In this document: piece by piece, positions 48,946-57,154 of the stretch | Layout: every line of letters begins with the position of its first letter | Numbering within the stretch: position 1 is the first letter of the stretch | DNA from: an uncultured Planctomycetota bacterium | GTDB taxonomy: Bacteria > Planctomycetota > Planctomycetia > Isosphaerales > Isosphaeraceae | Length of the DNA: 64,000 bases | Reading direction: 5' to 3' | Assembly (NCBI GenBank): GCA_963737655.1 | Contig: CAVTTN010000002.1 | Coordinates: forward strand, 4,064,001 to 4,128,000 | The notes under the pieces: model-generated | The model's database searches: none | Told to the model about the DNA's origin: nothing | What the model saw: only the letters and a program-made list of their open reading frames with translations | Position numbers and translations under genes: made by a program

Positions 48946-50679
48946 TCAGGGATTGGCCTTGCGGAGGATGAACTGGGTGATCGTGAACCCCTGTTCGTCC
49001 ATCGTCCCGTAGCTGCCGCCCTGCGAGAGATACTTGGCGAAGACGGAGAAATCCGGGACCTTCGCCTTGTCGATCGGGCTCTTGATCTCGGCGGCGTTGG
49101 GGTTGGAGTTCTTGATCGCCTCTTCGAGCTTGCCCGACTTGAACATCTCGTAGAGGACCTTGGCCTGCTCCTCGGCCTTGTCGAACGAGAGGACGCTGTT
49201 CTTCTCGGGGAGCTTCTTGGCCACGGCCTGGTAGTCGCCGGTCTCGGCCAGGCTGGCGCCCCCGGTGCGGAGGGCCTGTTCGAGGAACGCGGGCTCGGAG
49301 GAGACGAACAGGGTGCCCTTGGCGATGGCCACGCTGATCGGCCCCTGGATGTCCAGGCCGGCGCCGTTGGGGAGGTTCGGCACGTCGAAGTCGTAGACGG
49401 TCGTGCCCTGGAATTCGCGCTTCTTGGGGGACGCCTTGGTCACGTCCAGCAGCTTGTTGAAGGTGTTCTGGAACGCCTTGGGGTCGTCCAGGGCGATCCC
49501 GAACAGGTAGCGCTGGCTCTTCTCGGTGATCGGCTTCTTGAAGTCGCTCACCGCCGTGATCCGGTTGCCCAGGGGGCCGAAGAGGTCCTTCTTGAAGTCG
49601 AAATCGCCCCCGGGACCGCCGATGCCCTTCTGGGCCTGGTCGAGGAACCCGCCGGCGCCGAACATGTCGGCCAGCTCGGTGATCGCCTTCCACGCGGCGT
49701 CGAGGTCCCAGGAGACCGACGAGTAGCTCACGGCCGAGGCGGGAACCCACGCCTGGGGCTTCAGGTCGATCGGCGGCATCGAGAAGATCTTGAGGATGCC
49801 CTGGGCCGGGCCGGGCGAGTAGATGAAGACCTTCAGGAGCTGGTCATAATCACCCGCGCCGAACGTGAAGCCGGCGCCGATGGCCTTCAGCCCGTTCACA
49901 CCGGTGACCTGGAGCTGGGCCTCGATCTGGGCGGCGTTGTCCTTGTTCGCCTGGGCGGCGAGCTTGAGGACCTGGGAGAAGTCGAGGTAGAACGAGACGT
50001 GCGAGTCCTTGCCCACGCCCTTCATCGTGTTGATGTAGGTCTCGCTGGTGGCCAGGCCCTCGGCGCGGGTGGGCCCGTTGGAGAGGTAGTCCTTCAGCAC
50101 GTCCACGTCGCTGGAGATCAGGAAGACCGATCCCTTCTGGGCCCAGACCATCGGCTCGTTGTCGTCGCCATTCTCGCGGACGACCGTGATCTTGACGTCC
50201 TTGAAGGTCTCGGTGGCGACCTTGGCGCCGTCGGCCTCGGCCTGCTTCATGGCCTTGGCCATGACGTCGGCCATCTTCGCCTCGTTCTTGCCGGCGTCGG
50301 CCGAGGCGAGCAGGGCGACGGGGATCTTGCCTTCCTTGGTCACCAGGGCGATCGTGACGGCCCCCTGGGGAAGCGTCAGGAGCTCGCCGATCGAGACGCC
50401 CACCTTCTCCTTGAGCTTCTTGCTGGGCTCCTCCAGCTTCGAGGTGATGTCCGCCTTCAACGGCTGCATCGCCGGGTCGGCCAGGAGCTGGCCGATCTGG
50501 CAGTTCTTGAACCCCTCGCGGAGCTTGCCGATGTCGTCGATCTTGAGCAGGGCGAAGGTCGACGGCGGCAGGGCCTTGTCCGACGGGTCGGCCGCTCGGG
50601 CCACCGACAGGGACATCCCGGCCAGGACCAGGCCGACGGCGAACGCGGACGGTGACCACGGCCGCAACGAATGACGCAT
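48946..50679 (-). CDS. Exported conserved protein (DUF3352-like)
   Basis: Long ORF with signal peptide and host-like codon use. Confidence 0.7.
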   Translation of the reverse strand: MRHSLRPWSPSAFAVGLVLAGMSLSVARAADPSDKALPPSTFALLKIDDIGKLREGFKNCQIGQLLADPAMQPLKADITSKLEEPSKKLKEKVGVSIGELLTLPQGAVTIALVTKEGKIPVALLASADAGKNEAKMADVMAKAMKQAEADGAKVATETFKDVKITVVRENGDDNEPMVWAQKGSVFLISSDVDVLKDYLSNGPTRAEGLATSETYINTMKGVGKDSHVSFYLDFSQVLKLAAQANKDNAAQIEAQLQVTGVNGLKAIGAGFTFGAGDYDQLLKVFIYSPGPAQGILKIFSMPPIDLKPQAWVPASAVSYSSVSWDLDAAWKAITELADMFGAGGFLDQAQKGIGGPGGDFDFKKDLFGPLGNRITAVSDFKKPITEKSQRYLFGIALDDPKAFQNTFNKLLDVTKASPKKREFQGTTVYDFDVPNLPNGAGLDIQGPISVAIAKGTLFVSSEPAFLEQALRTGGASLAETGDYQAVAKKLPEKNSVLSFDKAEEQAKVLYEMFKSGKLEEAIKNSNPNAAEIKSPIDKAKVPDFSVFAKYLSQGGSYGTMDEQGFTITQFILRKANP

Positions 50680-50828
50680 GAAAGGCTCCTGAATACCTTC
50701 GGGCGAGAGGGGCGAAATCGAAACCTGACCCGGACCGCCTCGAGGCGACGGCCCGGGAATCGACCCGGGCGGGGTCCGCCCGCCGGGGCACCGGTTCTCA
50801 TGCCGAGCGGTTCGTCCCGGCCCTCGGC

Positions 50829-51827
50829 TTATTTGCCCGCCGGGGCCCGGGATTCGCCGGGCGAGGTGGGGGGAGTCGCCCGGGGACGCCTCGGCGGGTC
50901 GAGGTAGCGGTAGCCGGTGTTCGGGTTGTCCTTGTCGAAGGCAAAGGCATCCCGGTTCCTCAGGAAGTCCTTGACGTAGGGGATCGGGATCGCGAACCCG
51001 AGGTTGTCCGTCCCTCGGAAGCCCATGTTCGTCACCCCGACGACCTCTCCCTTCATGTTGAACAGGGGGCCGCCCGAGTTTCCCGGGTTGATCGCGGCGT
51101 CCGTCTGGATGTACACCAGCCCCTCGAAATTGCGATTCAGGGTGCTGATGATGCCCTGGGAGACGCTCCGCTCCAGGCCCAGGGGGTTGCCGATGGCGAA
51201 CGCCCCATCCCCCACGTTCAGGTCGTCCAGGCTACCCAGGCTCACCGGCTTGAGTTTCAAGTCTTTCGGGGCCCGGATCTTCAGCAGGGCGAGATCGACG
51301 AATGGGTTCAGCGCGACGATTTCCACGTTGTCGATCCGCCGCCGATTCAGCCCGGTCTCCGTGTTCTCATACAGGACCACGGCGATCTTCGTCTCGCCCT
51401 CGATCACGTGATTATTCGTGACCGCGAAGCCATCTTCATTGACGAGGAAGCCCGATCCCAGGCCGCCGGGCGTCTCGACCGAGATCACCCCCTCGCCGAA
51501 CTCGCGGACGAGTTCCTTGACCGGCCGGGTCCGGCCTCCTCCGGTGCGGAAGAACCCCTTGGGGTCGGCGTCGATCGCGGCGGTCGAGGCCCCCGGCGCG
51601 GCCGTCCCGGGCTTGCGGCGGCCGACGACCTGGTCCTTGGGAATCCGGACCACGTCGAAGCCCAGGTCGATGAACAGGGCCGTCGGCTTCTCGGCGACGA
51701 CCTCTCCGGTCACCGAATGACCGTCCTTGAGGTCGAGGATCTCCGGTTCGGCCGCCGTCGCGGCGACCGCCATGACGAACACCGCCGCCGGGACGATCAT
51801 CCGGGCCGGTCGAATGCGAGGATTCAA
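50829..51827 (-). CDS. Trypsin-like (S1C) serine protease
   Basis: GSGFLV...TNNHVI...DLALL...IQTDAAINPGNSGGPL. Confidence 0.93.
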   Translation of the reverse strand: MNPRIRPARMIVPAAVFVMAVAATAAEPEILDLKDGHSVTGEVVAEKPTALFIDLGFDVVRIPKDQVVGRRKPGTAAPGASTAAIDADPKGFFRTGGGRTRPVKELVREFGEGVISVETPGGLGSGFLVNEDGFAVTNNHVIEGETKIAVVLYENTETGLNRRRIDNVEIVALNPFVDLALLKIRAPKDLKLKPVSLGSLDDLNVGDGAFAIGNPLGLERSVSQGIISTLNRNFEGLVYIQTDAAINPGNSGGPLFNMKGEVVGVTNMGFRGTDNLGFAIPIPYVKDFLRNRDAFAFDKDNPNTGYRYLDPPRRPRATPPTSPGESRAPAGK

Positions 51828-52092
51828 GGCGCCTACCTCATCGCAAGGGAACGCGGGCTGATTCGGCCCATTGTAACTACCGGGACAACCGTTGCAACGG
51901 TCGCCACCGGTCGGATTCGCGCCGACGCCCCGACTTCATGACGAGACATCGATAATCCCGGTTTTTTGGGCATTCTGGGTGATTCCTCGAAAATCCATTT
52001 GCCTCTGGCGCGACATTCTCTATGTTTAGTAGCGGCCGGGCGCCAAACTCTGCCTGGACTACTCAGATTCACCAGCTTGTCGGAGCCTTCCC

Positions 52093-52449
52093 ATGCGTCG
52101 CATTCTCTTCTCGTTCGCGGTCGTCGGCCTGCTCTCGGGTTTCGCCATGAGCGACAGCGCCTCGGCCTGCTGCTGGCACAAGAAGACGGCGTGCGCCCCC
52201 GCCCCCGCCCCCGTCGCCTGCGAGCCGTGCGCCGCCCCGGCCCCCGTGGCCTGCGCCCCGGCCCCGAAGAAGCATTGCTTCGGCGGCTTCAAGATGCCGA
52301 AGATGTCCTTCGGCTGCCACAAGAAGGCCGTGGCCTGCGAGACGGTCGCCTACTCCCCCTGCGAGACGGCCGCCCCGGTGACCTACGCCGCCCCGCAGAC
52401 CTGGTCGGCCCCCCAGGCCCTCCCGACGATGTCCGCCCCCCAGAAGTAA
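52093..52449 (+). CDS. Small secreted Cys/Pro/Ala-rich protein
   Basis: Signal peptide then CAPAPAPVAC repeats. Confidence 0.75.
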   Translation: MRRILFSFAVVGLLSGFAMSDSASACCWHKKTACAPAPAPVACEPCAAPAPVACAPAPKKHCFGGFKMPKMSFGCHKKAVACETVAYSPCETAAPVTYAAPQTWSAPQALPTMSAPQK

Positions 52450-52482
52450 TTCCCGGCGGGCTTGACCACGGACTCCCGGTCT

Positions 52483-52535
52483 CGCCGAGAGGCCGAGCCG
52501 CCGATCGAATCGGGCGGCTCGGCCTCTCGGCGTTT
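52483..52535. terminator. Long hairpin between convergent genes
   Basis: CGCCGAGAGGCCGAGCCGCC-loop-GGCGGCTCGGCCTCTCGGCG followed by TTTT. Confidence 0.7.
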
Positions 52536-53549
52536 TCACTTCTCCGACGGCAGTTCCGACCATCCCTTCGAGGCCGAAACCTTCGGAGGATCGCCGGCGA
52601 TCACGAACAGCCCGGTGGCCCCCGGGGTCGATTCGATCAGCGAGAGGCCCCGCTCGGGGCCGATCACATAGGCCGTCGTGTCGAGGCTGTCAGCCGTCAT
52701 CCCGTCCCGGGCCACGACGGTCACGCTCGCCCGGGACTCCAGGCCCACACCCGTCCTCGGATCGACGATGTGGGCGTACCGCCGGCCGTCGATCTCGACG
52801 AATTGCTCGGCGTCGCCCGCGGTCGAGACGGCCGAGTCCTTCAGCAAGAGGAACCGCTCGGGCTTCCTGGGGTCGCCGTCGGGCGAGGCGACGCCGATCC
52901 GCCAGCCTTCGGCCCCTGGAGGCGGTCCCGAGACGACGATATCCCCCGAGCCCGCTACCAGGGCCGACGTCACGCCCGCTTTCTTCAGGGCGGCCATCGC
53001 CTCGTCCCCGGCGAAGCCCTTGGCGATCCCGCCGAGGTCCAGCTTCATCCCTTTCTTCCGAAGCTCGACGGTCTTCGCCCCCGGATCGAGCCGGACGAGC
53101 CGATAGTCGACGAGTTCCCGGGCCTTCGCCAGAGTGGCCGACTCGGGGAGGGTCCTCGTGCGTCGCGACCGTCTCCAGAGCCGGACGACCGGGCCGACCG
53201 TCGGGTCGAACGCCCCGTCGCTCCGTTGGGCCATCGCAACGGCGGCGGAGAGGCAGCGGAACAGGTCGTCAGAGACCGGCACGGGAGGCCCTCCGGCCCG
53301 GTCGCACAGCTTCATGAGCTCGCTCTCCGGATCGTAATCCGAGAGCGCCCGGTCCAGCGCGGCGATCCGGGCGAAAGCGAGGTCGGAGGCGCGTCTGGCC
53401 TCGTCGGGCCCGGTGGTGTATAACACGATCTTGAACTCGCTGCCCATGTGGGTCTGGCGGAACTCGAACCGGGTCAGGTCCGACCCGTCCGCGATCCGCC
53501 CCGCCACCGAGGCCAGCACCAGGCAAACGACCCACCTCGCGACCGCCAT
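52536..53549 (-). CDS. apbE: FAD:protein FMN transferase
   Basis: MGSEF, SDGAFDPTVGP, LDLGGIAKGF, HIVDPRTG, ADSLDT. Confidence 0.93.
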   Translation of the reverse strand: MAVARWVVCLVLASVAGRIADGSDLTRFEFRQTHMGSEFKIVLYTTGPDEARRASDLAFARIAALDRALSDYDPESELMKLCDRAGGPPVPVSDDLFRCLSAAVAMAQRSDGAFDPTVGPVVRLWRRSRRTRTLPESATLAKARELVDYRLVRLDPGAKTVELRKKGMKLDLGGIAKGFAGDEAMAALKKAGVTSALVAGSGDIVVSGPPPGAEGWRIGVASPDGDPRKPERFLLLKDSAVSTAGDAEQFVEIDGRRYAHIVDPRTGVGLESRASVTVVARDGMTADSLDTTAYVIGPERGLSLIESTPGATGLFVIAGDPPKVSASKGWSELPSEK

Positions 53550-53611
53550 CGACGCCCCCTCCTCGGTCGTGTCGATCGGCCCTCGCGATAGCCGATTCGG
53601 AGACCGTTCCC

Positions 53612-54670
53612 GTGAGCTTCGCCCCGCGCCCCGCGAGTTGCCAGGCGATCGCGCTGGTCGCCCTGTCCCTCATTCCAACCCTGGCGGCCGCCCAGGACAA
53701 GCCCAAGCCCGACGCCGCCGGGGCCCCGGCCGGATTCGCCGAGTACGTCGAGACGATTCCGGGGACCACCCTGAAGATCGACATGGTGCCGATCCCCGGC
53801 GGTAAGTTCACGATCGGCAGCCCGAAGGGCGAGGCCAATCGCGGAGAGGACGAAGGCCCCCAGCGAGAGGTCGAGATCAAGCCCTTCTGGATGTCGAAAT
53901 ACGAGATCACCTGGGACCTTTACGACCAGTTCGCCTTCAACCTCGACGTGACCAAGAAGGTCCGAGAAGGCGTGAAGCTCGACGCCCAGCCCGCCTCCGA
54001 AAAGGCCGCCGACGCCGTCTCGAGACCGACTCCGCCCTATGCCGACATGACCTTCGGCCTGGGCCACAAGGGGAACCCGGCGATCTGCATGACCCACCAC
54101 TCGGCGATGGAGTTCACCCGCTGGCTCTCGGAGAAGACGGGCAAGGCGTATCGCCTGCCGACCGAGGCCGAGTGGGAATACGCCTGCCGGGCCGGGACGA
54201 AGACCGCGTATTCGTTCGGCGACGACCCCGAGGCGATCAAGGATTACGGCTGGTTCGTGGACAACTGCGAGAAGCCCCAGCCGGTCGGCAAGAAGAAGCC
54301 GAACCCCTTCGGCCTTTTCGACATGCACGGCAACGTGGCGGAGTGGTGCCTGGACCACTACGAGGCCGACAGGTACAGTCACCTCCCGGCCGACCAGGCC
54401 ACGATCGGTCCCGTCGTCCTGCCCGACGCGAAGGAGTATTCCTACGTGGCCCGAGGCGGGTCCTGGGACGACGATCCCGAGAAGCTCCGCTCGGCGGCCC
54501 GCCGCGCCAGCGACCGAGAATGGAGCGTCCGCGACCCGCAGAGGCCCCAGAGCATCTGGTGGCACACCGACGCCCAGTTCGTCGGAATCCGAGTGGTCCG
54601 GGCCGTCGAGGAGCAGGAGAACCTCCGCGGGCTGAAGTCCGCGGTGGTGTCGAAGAAGGGGACGAAGTGA
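53612..54670 (+). CDS. FGE-sulfatase domain protein
   Basis: YRLPTEAEWEYACRAG, PNPFGLFDMHGNVAEW, RGGSW. Confidence 0.93.
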   Translation: MSFAPRPASCQAIALVALSLIPTLAAAQDKPKPDAAGAPAGFAEYVETIPGTTLKIDMVPIPGGKFTIGSPKGEANRGEDEGPQREVEIKPFWMSKYEITWDLYDQFAFNLDVTKKVREGVKLDAQPASEKAADAVSRPTPPYADMTFGLGHKGNPAICMTHHSAMEFTRWLSEKTGKAYRLPTEAEWEYACRAGTKTAYSFGDDPEAIKDYGWFVDNCEKPQPVGKKKPNPFGLFDMHGNVAEWCLDHYEADRYSHLPADQATIGPVVLPDAKEYSYVARGGSWDDDPEKLRSAARRASDREWSVRDPQRPQSIWWHTDAQFVGIRVVRAVEEQENLRGLKSAVVSKKGTK

Positions 54671-54756
54671 GGGGTCAGGTCCGTAGGGCAGGCCCTGGCC
54701 TGCTGGCTTCGCTGACGACTCACGACCGAGAACCATCCACCCGGGAGACCAGCGCC

Positions 54757-56037
54757 ATGACCGATCCGAACGGGACGAATCGCCGCGAATTCCTCAAGGT
54801 CGCCGGGGCCGCCGCGGCGGCCGGTCTGGCCTCCGTGCCGATGGCCCATGCGGCCGGCTCGGAGACGATCAAAGTCGGGCTGATCGGCTGCGGCGGCCGG
54901 GGCCGAGGCGCCCTGGACAACCTCTGCGAGGCGGCCGGCGACACCTACTCGATCAAGGTCCACGCCATCGGCGACCTCTTCAAGGACCACCTGGACAACG
55001 CCGTCTCCAGCTTCAAGAAGGAGGAGCGGACGGCCTCGCGGATGGACGTCAGCGACGACCGCCTCTTCACCGGGTTCGACGCCTACCAGAAGGTGATCGA
55101 CTCGGGCGTGGACCTGGTGATCCTCGCCACCCCCCCCGGCTTCCGGCCGATGATGCTGGAAGCGGCGGTGAAGGCCGGCAAGAACATCTTCACCGAGAAG
55201 CCCGTGGCCGTGGACGGCACCGGCATCCGCAAGGTCCTGGCCGCCGCGGAGGAGGCCAAGAGCAAGAACCTGGCGATCGTCGCCGGCACCCAGCGCCGCC
55301 ACCAGGCCGGCTACATCGAGAGCATCGGCCGGATCCACGACGGCGCGATCGGCGACGTGGTGGGCGGCCAGGTCTACTGGAACCAGGGCGGCCTCTGGAA
55401 GATCGACCGCACGTCCAGCATGAGCGACACGGAGTGGCAGATCCGCAACTGGCTGTACTTCGTCTGGCTCTCGGGCGACCACATCGTCGAGCAGCACGTC
55501 CACAACCTGGACGTCGCCAACTGGGCCCTGGGCGCCCACCCGGAACGGTGCGTCGGCCTGGGCGGGCGGCAGGTCCGCACCGATCCGGTCTATGGACACA
55601 TCTTCGACCACTTCGCCGTGGACTATGAATACCCCAACGGCGTCCACCTGATGAGCATGGCCCGCCAGATCGACGGCACCGACGGCAACATCTCCGAGAC
55701 CATCGTCGGCTCCAAGGGCAACTTCTACTCCAACGGCTACCGCTTCTCCGGCGACGCCAAGAAGTACCGCTTCCGCGCCAAGGAAGTGAACCCGTACGTC
55801 CAGGAGCACATCGACCTCCTCGCGTCGATCAAGGCCGGCAAGCCCCTGAACGAGCTGAAGCAGGTCGCCGAGAGCACGCTGACGGCGATCATGGGCCGGA
55901 TGTCCACCTACACCGGCAAGGCCGTGACGTGGGACCAGGCGCTGAACTCGCAGCTCGACACCTTCCCCAAGACGCTGGAATTCGGCCCCATGCCCGTCCC
56001 GCCCGTGGCCATGCCGGGCGTGACCGAGCTGATCTGA
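54757..56037 (+). CDS. Tat-exported Gfo/Idh/MocA oxidoreductase
   Basis: NRREFLK Tat motif; GLIGCGGRG; EKPVA; EQHVHNLDV. Confidence 0.93.
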   Translation: MTDPNGTNRREFLKVAGAAAAAGLASVPMAHAAGSETIKVGLIGCGGRGRGALDNLCEAAGDTYSIKVHAIGDLFKDHLDNAVSSFKKEERTASRMDVSDDRLFTGFDAYQKVIDSGVDLVILATPPGFRPMMLEAAVKAGKNIFTEKPVAVDGTGIRKVLAAAEEAKSKNLAIVAGTQRRHQAGYIESIGRIHDGAIGDVVGGQVYWNQGGLWKIDRTSSMSDTEWQIRNWLYFVWLSGDHIVEQHVHNLDVANWALGAHPERCVGLGGRQVRTDPVYGHIFDHFAVDYEYPNGVHLMSMARQIDGTDGNISETIVGSKGNFYSNGYRFSGDAKKYRFRAKEVNPYVQEHIDLLASIKAGKPLNELKQVAESTLTAIMGRMSTYTGKAVTWDQALNSQLDTFPKTLEFGPMPVPPVAMPGVTELI

Positions 56038-56134
56038 TCCGGGGATTTCGAGGGGGCATGCTCATCGGAAACGTGAGCATGTCCCCCGGGCCATTCCTGC
56101 CGCGTTCATCCTCTCCCGAGACGAGGTCGCATCC

Positions 56135-57010
56135 ATGAGCAAGAGACGGATCTGGCTGGCCTTCCTCCTCGGCCTGGCCCTGGCGACGTCCGCCCGCGCC
56201 GACGGCCCGGCGAAGATCGTCCTGGTGGCCGGGCGCCCCAGCCACGGGCCCGGGGACCATGAGTTCAACGCCGGGATCATGCTCCTGGCGAAGTGTCTGA
56301 AGGACGTCCACGGGGTCGAGCCGGTGGTCGTCAAGGGCGGCTGGCCGAAGGACGAGGAGGTCTTCGAGGACGCCAAGAGCGTCGTCTTCTTCATGGACGG
56401 CGGCGGCGGTCACCCGATGATCCAGGAGAGCCACCTGACCACGATCCAGCAGTTGATGGAGAAGGGCGTCGGCCTGGTCTGCCTCCACTACGCGGTCGAG
56501 GTGCCCAAGGGGGAACCGGGTCAGAAATTCCTCGACTACCTCGGCGGCTACTACGAGTCGGGCTATTCCACCAACCCGCACTGGAAGGCCGACATCAAGA
56601 GCCTGCCGACCCACCCGATCACCCGGGGGGTGAAGCCGTTCGCGATCCGCGACGAATGGTACTTCAACATCCGTTTCCGCCCCGATCAGAAGGGCTTCAC
56701 GCCCATCATCGTCGCCGCGCCCGACGACGAGACCCGCAAGGGCGTGTCGGCCTCGCCGCGGGGGCCGTATCAGCACATCCTCGAGGCCAAGGGCCGCGAG
56801 GAAATCCTCGCCTGGGCCTTCGAACGGCCCGACGGAGGCCGGAGCTTCGGATTCACGGGGGCGCACACCCACAAGAACTGGGGCGACCCGAATTTCCGAA
56901 CCCTCGTCCTCAACGCGATCCTCTGGACGGCCAAGCTCGACGTCCCCGAGGCCGGATGCAAGTGCGAGGTCTCCGAAGAAGACCTCAAGGCGAATCTGGA
57001 CCCCAAGTAG
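56135..57010 (+). CDS. ThuA-domain protein
   Basis: SHGPGDHEFNAG, GLVCLHYA, HPITRGV, DEWY, GGRSFGFTGAH, LNAILW. Confidence 0.9.
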   Translation: MSKRRIWLAFLLGLALATSARADGPAKIVLVAGRPSHGPGDHEFNAGIMLLAKCLKDVHGVEPVVVKGGWPKDEEVFEDAKSVVFFMDGGGGHPMIQESHLTTIQQLMEKGVGLVCLHYAVEVPKGEPGQKFLDYLGGYYESGYSTNPHWKADIKSLPTHPITRGVKPFAIRDEWYFNIRFRPDQKGFTPIIVAAPDDETRKGVSASPRGPYQHILEAKGREEILAWAFERPDGGRSFGFTGAHTHKNWGDPNFRTLVLNAILWTAKLDVPEAGCKCEVSEEDLKANLDPK

Positions 57011-57154
57011 GGTGCATGAAATGCACCAAACCAAGCGGGCGGGTTCAACCCGCCCTCCAAAAACCCAATCCCCTTCGCGGTTTCGACGTGGGGAGTGGGT
57101 TTGGAGGGCGGGTTGAACCCGCCCGCTCGTCTTAATGCATTGCATGTACCCTAC
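57007..57154. repeat. REP/REPIN-like nested palindrome
   Basis: GTAGGGTGCATG...CATGTACCCTAC outer arms; inner arms GCGGGCGGGTTCAACCCGCCCTCCAAA / TTTGGAGGGCGGGTTGAACCCGCCCGC. Confidence 0.75.

Noticed and set aside
54445..54610. Core FGE-sulfatase gene as a remote DGR target
   Set aside because: Similarity to the TR is limited to family motifs (RGG, RSA); there are many non-adenine mismatches and a length difference
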